Assembly (NCBI GenBank): GCA_029243585.1
Contig: JAQWRR010000041.1
Location: forward strand, 3,477-67,476
Reading direction: 5' to 3'
DNA: 64,000 nt
Source of the DNA: Gammaproteobacteria bacterium
GTDB taxonomy: Bacteria; Pseudomonadota; Gammaproteobacteria; Steroidobacterales; Rariloculaceae
Shown here piece after piece: positions 10,502 through 20,780 of the stretch. Position numbers and translations under genes: made by a program. The notes under the pieces were generated by a model. That model saw only the letters and a list, made by a program, of their open reading frames with translations. It was not told where the DNA came from and ran no database searches. The stretch's first letter is position 1; every line of letters begins with the position of its first letter.

Positions 10502-11326
10502 CTAAGAAAGATTTTTCTCAGCACATGGAACTGATATGGGTTCACCAGGTGGATCAATTGGTAGTGCAGTAAGCTTTCGTCCCCATATACAACCAGTATC
10601 AAGACACGTGCTATTAACAAGAAATGCTAGACCAAGGGAAGCCCAATGCCCAAAATATATATGAGTTTGGTAGGCTTTGGGACGTTTAAAATCATACCAG
10701 GGCTTTAACATTTCCGGCTGAGTCCCTGGCGGCCCTTTGTAAGTAAAGTCTAATCTGCCAACCTCATCACAGAATCGAATGCGTGTGAGAGCATTGATGC
10801 TGAAGCGTCGGCGCGGATTTAGTGCAAGTGAGTTAGACCAGGCATTTGGTTTATCTCCATACATGGTCTGTAGATTCTTTTTCCAAGACATACTTTTCAG
10901 CATGTTTGCAATTTCATCAGCCTGATCTCTCGCCTCCTCTAGAGACCATTCTGGAGAAAGCCCTGCATGCACTAATGCACGATCATTTTTTTGATCATAA
11001 TGTAATAAGGGGCGGTGTCTTAACCAGTCGATAATATTTCCAAGATCTGGTGCTTGAAGAGTTTCTTGGAGTGTGTCACCAGGCCCTGGCTTCCTAACCC
11101 CTGCCGCAATTGCGAGTAGGTGTAAGTCATGGTTGCCGAGGACGGTTGTTACGCTATCATCCATTTTAATGAGACGTCGAAGAACACTTAGAGAGTCAGG
11201 ACCACGGTTTACAAGGTCTCCGGTTAGCCATAAATGATCTTGGGCATGATCAAACGACAATTTCTCTAACAATTTTTCAAATGATTTTTCACACCCCTGA
11301 ATATCGCCGATCGCATAGATTGTCAC
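10502..11326 (-). CDS. apaH: Bis(5'-nucleosyl)-tetraphosphatase, symmetrical
   Basis: Metallophosphatase motifs GDIQGC, GDLVNRGPDS and GNHDLH. It is the last gene of the lptD-surA-pdxA-rsmA-apaH string. GTG start overlaps the rsmA stop. Confidence 0.9.
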   Translation of the reverse strand: MTIYAIGDIQGCEKSFEKLLEKLSFDHAQDHLWLTGDLVNRGPDSLSVLRRLIKMDDSVTTVLGNHDLHLLAIAAGVRKPGPGDTLQETLQAPDLGNIIDWLRHRPLLHYDQKNDRALVHAGLSPEWSLEEARDQADEIANMLKSMSWKKNLQTMYGDKPNAWSNSLALNPRRRFSINALTRIRFCDEVGRLDFTYKGPPGTQPEMLKPWYDFKRPKAYQTHIYFGHWASLGLAFLVNSTCLDTGCIWGRKLTALPIDPPGEPISVPCAEKNLS

Positions 11327-12135
11327 TGTTCTACGCTCTCTTTGATCCAGTCATCCGACCCAAGTGCAGCAAGCTTTCCAAAATCCTCAGGAAACAGGTT
11401 TTCTGGGCGATTGGTTGGATCAATTCCTATTGAGATGATTTGCTCGCGGGTTAACCAACCTCGTAAGGAATTTGTAAGCATTTTTCGGCGCATTGAAAAT
11501 GCTCGGGCGACCAGAGCAGAGAATCTAGCTTCATTACTGAGTGAGAAACGAGGGGAATCTCGTGGTATTAGCCGTAACACTGTTGATGTGACCTTCGGGG
11601 CTGGAGTGAAAGCACCTGGTTCAACATCAAAACATGTTTCAGCATCAATCCATGGCGCTAACATGACTGTTAGTCGCCCATAATCTTTTCCCCCCGGGGA
11701 TGCTGTGATTCGAGTTGCAACCTCTTTCTGCAGCATAACATGCATGTCCTTGATTGCTGCTCGGTAGTTCAATAGATGGAATAGAATTGGTGTTGAGATG
11801 TTATAGGGTAAGTTTCCTACAACACGTAATGAATGAGGATTATTTGTCAGTGATGCAAAGTTAACTTTTAATACATCGTTTTGATGCACTATTAGTCGTT
11901 TAGAATCTTCCACGATTTCCATAAGGTGGGTTGTCATGCGCTCATCTAATTCAATAACGTGTAGTTTTTCGACGATTTTAATTAATGGCAGAGTTAGAGC
12001 ACCTCCACCGCTACCTATTTCTACAATGTTATCTTTGGGTACAGGTGAAATTGTGCTTATTAGCCTGTCAATAACAACATGATCATGCAGAAAATGCTGA
12101 CCTAGTCTTTTTCGAGAGCGTGGTGTCAGCGACAT
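11323..12135 (-). CDS. rsmA: 16S rRNA (adenine1518/1519-N6)-dimethyltransferase
   Basis: LGQHFLHD, SAM motif VEIGSGGGALT and GNLPYNISTPILF. Conserved operon position. Confidence 0.9.
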   Translation of the reverse strand: MSLTPRSRKRLGQHFLHDHVVIDRLISTISPVPKDNIVEIGSGGGALTLPLIKIVEKLHVIELDERMTTHLMEIVEDSKRLIVHQNDVLKVNFASLTNNPHSLRVVGNLPYNISTPILFHLLNYRAAIKDMHVMLQKEVATRITASPGGKDYGRLTVMLAPWIDAETCFDVEPGAFTPAPKVTSTVLRLIPRDSPRFSLSNEARFSALVARAFSMRRKMLTNSLRGWLTREQIISIGIDPTNRPENLFPEDFGKLAALGSDDWIKESVEQ

Positions 12136-13118
12136 CTTTTAACTAAGTGAATTGCCAGTTCGATTGCTTGTAATAAACTGCTTGCCTGAGCATGTCCTGT
12201 TCCAGCAAGTTCAAGTGCGGTTCCATGGTCTACAGATGTTCGCACTATAGGTAATCCCAAAGTGACATTAACCACTTTGCCAAATGAAAGTGCCTTTATA
12301 ACTGGCAAACCTTGATCATGATACATCGCTAGCACTGCATCTGATTTATCAAGCAGATCAGCTCTAAAGGCTGTATCAGCTGGTATTGGGCCAACCAAGT
12401 CAAAACTGCGTTCAGAGAGATATTTTAAAACAGGTTCAATGATTTCTAGTTCTTGTTTTCCAAGTTTGCCGCTTTCCCCAGCATGTGGATTTAGTCCGAG
12501 CACCATAATGCGTGGTGATTTAACGCCAAACATAGTACTTAAATCCCGATGGAGAATAATAATTGTTTCTTCTAGTGAACCTTGGGTTATTGATTCCGGA
12601 ACCTTTTCAAGGGGCAGGTGAGTAGTAGCAAGGGCAACCCTTAGAGATTCTGAAACAAGCATCATTACAGGACGCGCAGAGTTTGTTTTTTTAGCAAGCC
12701 ACTCTGTATGTCCTGTAAAAGGAATTCCCGCCTCGATGATCGTGCTTTTTTGAATAGGAGCAGTTACTAATGCCGCCTTTTTGTTGGCCCCACATAATTC
12801 GACGGCTGTTTCAAGTTGACGAAGAACATAAGGGGCGTTTTGTGGGTTTAGAATGCCAGCTTCCACTGGAAAGTTTACTTGAATTGGCAGAACCTGAAGT
12901 GATCCCTTTATATGTTTTTGTGCATCAAGCGGATTATCAATTGTTCGAAGTGCGATTTTTAAGTTTAGATCATTGATGCGCTGGGCTAGAACATCTGGAT
13001 CACAAATTACTACAATCTTTGCAGGGAAATCATACGAACCTAATATTGCACAAATGTCCGGCCCTATCCCCGCAGGTTCTCCAGAGGTTACAAAAATTGT
13101 TGGGGAGAGGGTATCCAA
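12126..13118 (-). CDS. pdxA: 4-hydroxythreonine-4-phosphate dehydrogenase
   Basis: TSGEPAGIGPD, GLNPHAGE and TSVDHGTALELAGTG. Conserved operon position. Confidence 0.9.
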   Translation of the reverse strand: MDTLSPTIFVTSGEPAGIGPDICAILGSYDFPAKIVVICDPDVLAQRINDLNLKIALRTIDNPLDAQKHIKGSLQVLPIQVNFPVEAGILNPQNAPYVLRQLETAVELCGANKKAALVTAPIQKSTIIEAGIPFTGHTEWLAKKTNSARPVMMLVSESLRVALATTHLPLEKVPESITQGSLEETIIILHRDLSTMFGVKSPRIMVLGLNPHAGESGKLGKQELEIIEPVLKYLSERSFDLVGPIPADTAFRADLLDKSDAVLAMYHDQGLPVIKALSFGKVVNVTLGLPIVRTSVDHGTALELAGTGHAQASSLLQAIELAIHLVKRCR

Positions 13119-13156
13119 GGTTTTAGGTCTATCAAGAAGAACCCGTTGTGCGAGAG

Positions 13157-14494
13157 TTAAATTAGAATGTCGACGAAGGCCTCATCCCTTAGGCGACGTA
13201 GCCAAAGAGCTTCCTCTTCTTCGGCCTTACTGGAACGGATTTGCACGGCACATCTCTCTTCCTTCAGTTCTTCAGACGTGTCATATGAGCGGCTATCCAT
13301 CACTTCAGCAATATGCCAACCATACCTAGTTCTGAAAGGCTCGCTTAGTTCGCCTTGCTCTAATCTTTGGATTGCCTCTGAAAATTCTGGCACAAACACT
13401 GTTGGGTCTAACCAGCCCATATCTCCACCATTTGCTCCAACGACAGGATCATCAGAAACGTTCTGGGCAATGATGGCAAAATCTTCTCCACCAAGTATTT
13501 GCTCTCGGATGCCTACCAAACGTTGTTCTACTACTGAGTCATCCATAACTTCGGTTGGCTCCATTAGAATATGGCGGATACGAAGTTGGTCCACCATAAC
13601 AGCTTGGGATTGTGTGCCCCGAACCTCATTGAGTTTGACGATATGAAAACCACTTCCACTTTGAAGAGGATCAGAGTGATCGCCAGTATCCATTGAAATA
13701 ACAATATCGGCAAAAAGAGTTGGCAGCTGAGACCCTTCCCTCCAACCAAGCGATCCTCCCTCTAGTGATGTTGGTGCATCCGAGTATGTAAGTGCTAACT
13801 GTTCGAAACTCTCTCCTGATAGTAGGAGTTGATGTATTTCCGTCACTTCATCTCGAGCTTGGTTTATTTCTGCAGCTGTTGAGCTAGAAGAAGTGCTGAT
13901 AAGAATATGTGAAATATTATAGTCTAGCGTCTGTGCAGATTCGCTAGTACTGCGGGCTAGGCATAACGTCATTTCTCTAGGTGCAACTACGATTTCTCTT
14001 ATTACCTCTCGTTGTCGAAGCTGCTCAAGAATCATTTGTTCGCGTGTTTCTTGACGAAAAGTTAAATAGTCTAGCCCTTCACCTGCCAAGGCGGCTGGCA
14101 GTTGCTCAAGCGTCATATTCCCTCTTTGTGCTACATTTGAGAGGGCTTGATTAAGCATGCCATCTCCAACAGTTATGCCAAAGCGTTGTGCCCTTTGCAG
14201 CTGTATTTGTCGGACGATCAGTTGTTCTAGTACCTGCTCTTCAATAATAGGTAATGGTGCTATAGGCTGCCTTTGCTCTGGCGGCAGCTGCTCCTGAACC
14301 CTCTGAAGACCATCAACAACCATTTGAACTCTCTGATTGAGTTCGCTTCTCAGGACCACCCCAGTATCTACTATCGCGGCCACTCCGTCTAAAAGTTCTC
14401 CAGTGCCGCCAAGTTCGCGAGTTTGTGGAAAAGCTTGATGAGCCCCTAAAAAGAGAGCCATCATCGTTGATAAGAGTAGAGTAATTTTTTTCAC
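13157..14494 (-). CDS. surA: Periplasmic chaperone / peptidyl-prolyl isomerase SurA
   Basis: Signal peptide and two parvulin-like segments (GSGFHIVKLNEVRG, RYGWHIAEVMDSR). It lies between lptD and pdxA. Confidence 0.85.
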   Translation of the reverse strand: MKKITLLLSTMMALFLGAHQAFPQTRELGGTGELLDGVAAIVDTGVVLRSELNQRVQMVVDGLQRVQEQLPPEQRQPIAPLPIIEEQVLEQLIVRQIQLQRAQRFGITVGDGMLNQALSNVAQRGNMTLEQLPAALAGEGLDYLTFRQETREQMILEQLRQREVIREIVVAPREMTLCLARSTSESAQTLDYNISHILISTSSSSTAAEINQARDEVTEIHQLLLSGESFEQLALTYSDAPTSLEGGSLGWREGSQLPTLFADIVISMDTGDHSDPLQSGSGFHIVKLNEVRGTQSQAVMVDQLRIRHILMEPTEVMDDSVVEQRLVGIREQILGGEDFAIIAQNVSDDPVVGANGGDMGWLDPTVFVPEFSEAIQRLEQGELSEPFRTRYGWHIAEVMDSRSYDTSEELKEERCAVQIRSSKAEEEEALWLRRLRDEAFVDILI

Positions 14495-14500
14495 TGGTAT

Positions 14501-16696
14501 TTAGGGGATATTATCGAATTGTTGGTACCCAAGAATACCACGGTCTAAGAGTTCTTCGGGAGACTCGCTCTCATCTGTGAAACCTCTCAGTTGGAACTGA
14601 ATTGAAAATGAACTATCAGATTCACCGGTTCTGCGACTGATGTAGTTCTTAGCCATGAATCGTAAACGCCAGCAACAGGAGGCATACTCCCAGCCAAGAT
14701 GTCTTTGGAGTGGTTTTCGATCTAACAAAGAGTAGCTGGTTTGAGCAATCACCCGCCAAGCTCGCCCTATGGGCCAGACCAAAGAGATGTCTCCCTGTTT
14801 CAATAGACCATCCTGATATCTGTATGCTAGGCCTATTAATCGATCGGGTTCTGGTCTGTACTGTATCCGCGTTTCTGATCGCACGGTCTTTTTGGTTTGA
14901 CTATCCCATTGGTTTTCTAGGCCTAGACGCCAAGAGGATCGGAGGTTAAAAGCTACTTCTGCAATGTAGTCAGAGTCATTCGCTGAACCTGGTGATTGTC
15001 CTGGTAAGGCTGTTTTCTGAGGGCTGAAATGGTGTGTACGTCCTAACGTGCCGGAAAGCATCTCCTGTCCAGTATTATTGTCTATAAGTCTCGTTGTTAC
15101 TCCATAGCTCAGTCGGTCAGCATCGGCTATGCGATCAGGCCCAATGTAACGATACTTTCTAAAAAGTTGTACTAAATTAAATGTGGGTTCGATGGTATCA
15201 AACATAGGAAGACCAGTTTGGTCTTCAAATGGCACATGCACATAGAGCATTCTAGGCTCTATGGTTTGTGTCCACCTTTTAGTTTCTCCGATCAGGCGGT
15301 CAAAAGTTAGTCCAGCATCGACACTTGCAATAGGCAGAGTTCTTGAGAATTCGGTCTCCATATTAGGGGATTTTTCATTTAACCAATAATTGGTTTGTCG
15401 AAGCCCTAGGGCAGGGGTTAAAAACATTCCTGGTCGAATAATAGGGAAGGAAATTTCTTCTGCTAGATCCATTCGCCAACCGGTGGTACCAACATGTCTA
15501 TCGAAATTCACAAGTTCATTTTCTGACGTAAAGCGGACATTATTTTTATCCCAACGACCTGAAAACAAAAACTGAGGAACTCGCTTGTATGGCTCGTTCT
15601 GATCATCTATGAGAGGGTCTATTGTTTGATAATTCTGCATTTTTGCAGCTAACGACCAATTTTGAGCTCGATAGCTGAAATCAACATAACGATTCAAGTG
15701 TGTTTGACTGGCCACACTTAGACTATTTCCCAGATCCTCGAAGTAGTTAACGTCTGAGACATGCTGAATGTTTGTGACCATTCTCCAGCCTAAGCCTAAA
15801 TTTGTTTCCTGATCGAGGTTTAGGTAGCTTCGAGATAGATCAAGTTTTGTGTCCTCTGGGAGGTACTCAAAATCAAAAGTCCCTTCAGTGCTTGCAGATA
15901 GGTAACGAAATTCGGAAGTCACTTGAGTGCCACGTTCCCGCATATAACGTGGTGTCACTGTAATGTCATAGTTGGGCGCCAAATTTAAGTAATAGGGCAT
16001 AGAAATGTCGACACCAGTTCTATCTCTATTGGAGATATCAGGTGTCAATAATCCACTCTTACGTCGATCATCTATGGGGAATGTCATGTAAGGCGCGGCA
16101 AAAATTGGGACGCCTTTGAAGTGCAGCCGCACACCACGCGCCGTTCCATATCCTTCATCAATATCAATATCTAATTCGCGGGCTAGAAGTTCCCAGTCAG
16201 CGCGTGCTTCAGGGCAAGTAGTAAAGTTTACCGTATCCAACAGAATTTCATTGTTATTCTCAATTGTGATCGTATCAGCTGATCCTCGCGCAGCACGGTT
16301 TGGTAAAGTAAATCCCCCGCCGTTGAAAGAGATTACGTCTTCCTGTGCATTTACTTCGGCGTCATTTCCATACACTGTGACTTCTGGGTCTTCATAAGTA
16401 ACAGTTCCACGCACTTGAACATCTTGTGTTTTAGGAAAAAAAGTTGCGCGGTCAGCTGATATGCTGCGGTTCCCGTACTGAAAAGTCACTTGATCAAAAA
16501 GTTCGATCTGGTTCTCATTTGATAGGTCTATTTTCCCGGTAGTTATTGTTAGGCGTTGTTGCTCAGAGGAAATATTAAGTTCTTTAGGTAGTGTTTCTGG
16601 GCTAAAAACCCCGGGCAAACACATCTGTTGTGCCAACGCTAAGGGCGGGGCAAGGAAGAGTAACGAAAACAGAATAAAATTTTTCTGGAAGGCCAC
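14501..16696 (-). CDS. lptD: LPS-assembly outer-membrane protein LptD
   Basis: 731 aa with a signal peptide, an OstA-like N-terminal region and a long Tyr/Asn/Arg-rich beta-barrel-type sequence. It is immediately upstream of surA. GTG start. Confidence 0.9.
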   Translation of the reverse strand: MAFQKNFILFSLLFLAPPLALAQQMCLPGVFSPETLPKELNISSEQQRLTITTGKIDLSNENQIELFDQVTFQYGNRSISADRATFFPKTQDVQVRGTVTYEDPEVTVYGNDAEVNAQEDVISFNGGGFTLPNRAARGSADTITIENNNEILLDTVNFTTCPEARADWELLARELDIDIDEGYGTARGVRLHFKGVPIFAAPYMTFPIDDRRKSGLLTPDISNRDRTGVDISMPYYLNLAPNYDITVTPRYMRERGTQVTSEFRYLSASTEGTFDFEYLPEDTKLDLSRSYLNLDQETNLGLGWRMVTNIQHVSDVNYFEDLGNSLSVASQTHLNRYVDFSYRAQNWSLAAKMQNYQTIDPLIDDQNEPYKRVPQFLFSGRWDKNNVRFTSENELVNFDRHVGTTGWRMDLAEEISFPIIRPGMFLTPALGLRQTNYWLNEKSPNMETEFSRTLPIASVDAGLTFDRLIGETKRWTQTIEPRMLYVHVPFEDQTGLPMFDTIEPTFNLVQLFRKYRYIGPDRIADADRLSYGVTTRLIDNNTGQEMLSGTLGRTHHFSPQKTALPGQSPGSANDSDYIAEVAFNLRSSWRLGLENQWDSQTKKTVRSETRIQYRPEPDRLIGLAYRYQDGLLKQGDISLVWPIGRAWRVIAQTSYSLLDRKPLQRHLGWEYASCCWRLRFMAKNYISRRTGESDSSFSIQFQLRGFTDESESPEELLDRGILGYQQFDNIP

Positions 16697-16870
16697 AAGT
16701 TTGAGCGCAACAAAGGCGGCTACAATGGCATAGTTTTTCTAGCTCTTCAATGTATTAGAGGGTTTGGAACCTAACTGCTTGATGACTATTTAAAAGATAT
16801 GCTTGATGTTTATGCAGAATTACAAAGTACCTAGTAAGCCCATTTTAAAATTGATAACAAAGAAATTTGC

Positions 16871-17527
16871 ATGAAAGCAATGTTATTAGCAGCAGGTCGA
16901 GGTAAGAGGATGGGGACGCTAACAGACTCTTACCCAAAACCGCTTTTGTCTCTTGGGAATGAGACCCTTATTGATCGCCATCTTAGAAATCTTGCTAGGT
17001 CTGGAATCACTGACGTTGTTATTAATTTGTCTCACTGTGGGGATAAACTCAGGCATGCTGTGGGAGATTCGACCGAGTGGGGTCAAACCATCTCCTACAG
17101 CGATGAGGGACCAGAGCCACTAGAGACAGCCGGCGGTATTATCAAGGCGTTACCATTACTTGGTTCAGAGCCATTTATAGTGGTTAGTGCCGATATTGTG
17201 ACTGACTTTGATTTTCAGGTTCTCCTCTCAGTTAAGAAATCAGGTTGTTTGGTTTTGGTGCCTAATCCAGCCCATCACCCGATGGGTGATTTTGGTCTAA
17301 CCGTATCAGGTGAACTTGTTCAACAACCACCTTTTTTAACCTATAGCGGAATTAGTTTGCTCGATAGCACGTTTTTTCAAGGAATTGATCCGGGAATTAG
17401 GCCACTACGTCCGGTTTTTGACGCAGCAGTGAAAAATCGTGCTCTTCATGGAATTGTCTTCGATGGTTTATGGAAAGATATAGGTACGCCAGAGCGTTTA
17501 GCTGATGTTCGTACTGCCCTTGTTTGA
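16871..17527 (+). CDS. murU: Sugar-1-phosphate nucleotidyltransferase (MurU-like N-acetylmuramate-1-P uridylyltransferase)
   Basis: LLAAGRGKRMG...PKPLL nucleotidyltransferase motif, 218 aa. It is divergent from lptD, as murU is in pseudomonads. Confidence 0.65.
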   Translation: MKAMLLAAGRGKRMGTLTDSYPKPLLSLGNETLIDRHLRNLARSGITDVVINLSHCGDKLRHAVGDSTEWGQTISYSDEGPEPLETAGGIIKALPLLGSEPFIVVSADIVTDFDFQVLLSVKKSGCLVLVPNPAHHPMGDFGLTVSGELVQQPPFLTYSGISLLDSTFFQGIDPGIRPLRPVFDAAVKNRALHGIVFDGLWKDIGTPERLADVRTALV

Positions 17528-17539
17528 AAAGTCTTTATT

Positions 17540-18340
17540 TCAATGTGTCATAGAATATATGACGTAGTTGACTGCAAAACGGTAGGCCATAGCGGTCATG
17601 GGTTCGGGATAGCCTGGTGTATCTGCGTGTTCCCAAGCATCTCCAAGGTCCATATTAAAATTGATAGCAACCATTAAGCGTCCTTCATCATCATAGATTC
17701 CGCGCCAGTGGGGATTTACACCACCTTTTTCCCACATCCGTCCATTCATTAGAGGATATATCCCAGGAATTCGTGTGTTTTTATCCAAATCATAGAGCAC
17801 GTGCATGACCTCATCGGTTTCCGGAATTTCAATAATTGGTCGATTAGGCAAAACACGTTTCATGGAGGCGAGAAAATTGGACCATTCTAGGGTTCCATGA
17901 AAATCATCTACCACTAAAAAACCACCTCGCAAAAGGTATTCTCTTAATCGTTCTGCTTGCATTTCATTAAGTCGCCAGGCCCCAACTTCAACCGCATATA
18001 GCCATGGAAAATCAAATAAAGAATCATTCTGAAGGCTTATTCTGTGTCCACCGTTGCCGTCATGACTACTGACTATTGCTCCATTGACTCTGGTTAGCCT
18101 GGTTAGGCCTTGCATGAAATAGTGTTCGGCATGTGGCCAGTCAACGCACTCATCACTTCCCCATCCATAGCCAAGGCCAAGGCAGTTGCCTCCTGAGTAC
18201 ATGAGTCGGGAGAATTGAAATTCATGACTAGGGAAGTAGCGCTCTGTTAATGCCTCTTGGCTAAGGATTTCATTAGACCAGGCTAATATAGCTAGAATTA
18301 CCAAGGATAGGGGCTTTTCCATGTTCATATTCAAAGACAA
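17540..18340 (-). CDS. Exported DUF4159-like protein (Bat/MoxR-cluster associated)
   Basis: Signal peptide. FQFSRLMY...WPHAEHYFMQGLTRLT...PWLYAVEVGAWRLNEMQAERLREYLLRGGFLVVDDFHG matches my memory of DUF4159. It is divergent from the MoxR/vWA operon. Confidence 0.6.
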   Translation of the reverse strand: MSLNMNMEKPLSLVILAILAWSNEILSQEALTERYFPSHEFQFSRLMYSGGNCLGLGYGWGSDECVDWPHAEHYFMQGLTRLTRVNGAIVSSHDGNGGHRISLQNDSLFDFPWLYAVEVGAWRLNEMQAERLREYLLRGGFLVVDDFHGTLEWSNFLASMKRVLPNRPIIEIPETDEVMHVLYDLDKNTRIPGIYPLMNGRMWEKGGVNPHWRGIYDDEGRLMVAINFNMDLGDAWEHADTPGYPEPMTAMAYRFAVNYVIYSMTH

Positions 18341-18390
18341 GATAGCATGGCGTATGAGTTTTGACTGATCAGTGTATTTAGTTACCTTTA

Positions 18391-18417
18391 GCCTTATTCA
18401 TTTTAAATGAATAAGGC
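18391..18417. promoter_or_regulatory. Perfect 27-bp palindrome (13+1+13) in the divergent promoter region
   Basis: GCCTTATTCATTT-T-AAATGAATAAGGC, verified base by base. It lies between the DUF4159 gene and the 13-kb MoxR/vWA operon. Confidence 0.5.
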
Positions 18418-18536
18418 AATGTCTCAAGAGCTGTTCCATGGTGATATGATCAGTTAAGAAATGTTTTTGTTGTTCCCTAAGGTTTAATTTAGCCCTTTTT
18501 AGGAACAGGGCCCTTTTAGATAAAAGAAATAAAAAA

Positions 18537-20780
18537 TTGTTTGAGTTCTTGTTTAAATATTCGCGTACAACATTTGAAAATAGCGAGTTTTTGTTTGCCC
18601 GGGAATGGCCTCTCTGGGTGTTGGTAGTATTAACGCTGAGCGCAGCAATGGCTATTGGTTATAGCCTTATGCAGCGGAAGGGTGTGCTACACCCAGGCAA
18701 ACTATTGGTGTTAGGGCTTTTCCAGGTATCGATGATTGCAGTCTTATTGACTATCTTGTGGCAGCCTTCACTTTTTACTCAAACGCTTAGTCCTCAGGAG
18801 AATTCTGTTGCTGTTGTACTAGATACCTCGGCTAGCATGAGCTATGGACAGGGCGAAGCTTCCCGTCTGCAACAGGCAGTCACATCTTTAAGTGGAGGGG
18901 TTTTAACTGAACTGTCTAGCAGTTTAGAGACAAGATTGTATGCATTTTCCTCAGAACTGGAGGAGATAGAAGGTCTTACTGAGGTACCTGCGCCTGGAGA
19001 TGCTACGCATATTGGCGATGCGCTGGTTAATGTGCTTCGAGAGGCGCGTTCTTCAGCACTCGGGGCTGTCGTCCTTGTTAGCGATGGAGTTGATAATTCA
19101 GAGACATTGACCGACGCTCAGCTCGCAGAAATTAGTGGTTATGGAGTGCCTATTCATACGGTAGGTGTTGGACGTGAAATAATTGCTGAGGATATTGAAC
19201 TCCAGGAGGTATCACTAACAGCTCAGGCCATGGTGGGTTCCCGTGTTAGCGCCCAGATTAGCGTAAGACATTCAGTACCTGCTCAAACTCGACTCCGAAT
19301 ATACGATGGAGATTCCATTTTAGCCTCTGAGGAAATAGAACTTGTATCAGGGGTTGATCTCACCATGCATTGGGTCGAGTTTGATATTGGAGAGGCTGGT
19401 GTTAGAGATTTGCGGTTTGTTTTGGACCCTCTCACGGGGGAGAGCAATACAATAAACAATACACAGTACAGAACAATCCAAGTACCAGAGGATCGCCGAC
19501 GCATCCTCTACGTAGAAGGGGAGCCTCGCTGGGAATATAAATTTATACGTCGAGCTTTGGAAGAGGATTCACCAATCAGACTGGCAAGCCTTCTACGAAC
19601 TACCCCGAACAAGTTTTACCGTCAGGGAATTGAAAGCCAGGAGGAATTGGAAAATGGTTTTCCAGAGACGCGCGAAGATCTTTTTGTTTATGACGCTTTG
19701 ATTATTGGTAGTTTTGCTGCTGCAGAACTCACTGAGGAGCAACAGGGTTGGATCCAAGAATTTGTTAGTGAACGGGGTGGCAGTCTTCTCATGTTAGGTG
19801 GGCGCAGAGGACTTGCTGATGGCGGCTGGGGTAATAGCGTTGTTGCAGAGGTGTTGCCTGCACAGCTTCCCGATATTAATGCAGCGAGTTTTGTTCGAAT
19901 TCCAGTGAAAGTGTCTTTGACGTCTGAGGGCGAGGAGTCACTTCTAACAAGCCTTGATTCTGATGCCGAAGAGAATCTCCAGCTTTGGGCTGAGATGCCT
20001 GAAATCGCCGATTTTCAGTACCTAGGTGAGGTAAAACCTGGTGCAATAACTTTGCTTGAAGCAGATGTTAGGGGGACACAGCAGCCGCTACTAGTCCAGC
20101 AGCGTTTCGGGAGAGGTGGTGCGTATATTCTTGCCAGTGGTGGAACTTGGCGTTGGCAAATGCAACTGCCTTCTGAGGATCAAAGGCATGAGATCTTCTG
20201 GCGTCAGATTTTGCGGGCTCTCGTTTCTGCAACACCTAGTTCAATTAGTCTTACTGCAGGACGGAATTTTTATGGAGATAGGGATGAGATAACCCTCCGT
20301 GCACAAGTTCAGGGAGGGTCTTTTGAGCCCGTACCTAATGCAGCAGTTTCTCTTATGGTAAGACGGGACTTCTCTGCGCCTTCAACAATTGAAATGAGTC
20401 CCATTCCAGGCGAGGCTGGTGCATATGAAGCCACAGTGCAAGCTGATGAGACTGGGCTTTACCAGTTTGAGGCTACAGCTGATATAGGCGAACAATCTCT
20501 AGGTACTGCTCAGGCCGCAGTGCGGCGAGCAAATGGGGTATCCGAGCATTTTCAAATTGAACAAAATAGGCTGTTACTAGATAGAATTTCTGCTCTAAGC
20601 GGTGGAAGATATTTCACTTTAAACGATGTAGACCAACTTCCTGAAGCTATCCAGTTTTCAGAAGCTGGAATTCTTGAGCGTGAGTTACTTGATCTCTGGA
20701 ATATGCCATTCAACTTTCTGCTACTTATGTTGCTCAAGGCTGGGGAGTGGATGTTGAGATTGTATTGGGGACGTTTATGA
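18537..20780 (+). CDS. Membrane vWA protein with a GATase1-like (DUF1355-type) domain
   Basis: N-terminal TM segments, MIDAS motif VVLDTSASM and the later segment RRILYVEGEPRWEYKFIRRAL...LIIGSF...GGSLLMLGG. First gene of the operon. Confidence 0.6.
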   Translation: MFEFLFKYSRTTFENSEFLFAREWPLWVLVVLTLSAAMAIGYSLMQRKGVLHPGKLLVLGLFQVSMIAVLLTILWQPSLFTQTLSPQENSVAVVLDTSASMSYGQGEASRLQQAVTSLSGGVLTELSSSLETRLYAFSSELEEIEGLTEVPAPGDATHIGDALVNVLREARSSALGAVVLVSDGVDNSETLTDAQLAEISGYGVPIHTVGVGREIIAEDIELQEVSLTAQAMVGSRVSAQISVRHSVPAQTRLRIYDGDSILASEEIELVSGVDLTMHWVEFDIGEAGVRDLRFVLDPLTGESNTINNTQYRTIQVPEDRRRILYVEGEPRWEYKFIRRALEEDSPIRLASLLRTTPNKFYRQGIESQEELENGFPETREDLFVYDALIIGSFAAAELTEEQQGWIQEFVSERGGSLLMLGGRRGLADGGWGNSVVAEVLPAQLPDINAASFVRIPVKVSLTSEGEESLLTSLDSDAEENLQLWAEMPEIADFQYLGEVKPGAITLLEADVRGTQQPLLVQQRFGRGGAYILASGGTWRWQMQLPSEDQRHEIFWRQILRALVSATPSSISLTAGRNFYGDRDEITLRAQVQGGSFEPVPNAAVSLMVRRDFSAPSTIEMSPIPGEAGAYEATVQADETGLYQFEATADIGEQSLGTAQAAVRRANGVSEHFQIEQNRLLLDRISALSGGRYFTLNDVDQLPEAIQFSEAGILERELLDLWNMPFNFLLLMLLKAGEWMLRLYWGRL

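Noticed and set aside
13167-13646. 159-aa plus-strand ORF, Ser-rich, lying entirely inside surA
   Set aside because: It is antisense to a confidently identified gene and low-complexity, with no motif or RBS. This is a typical shadow ORF.
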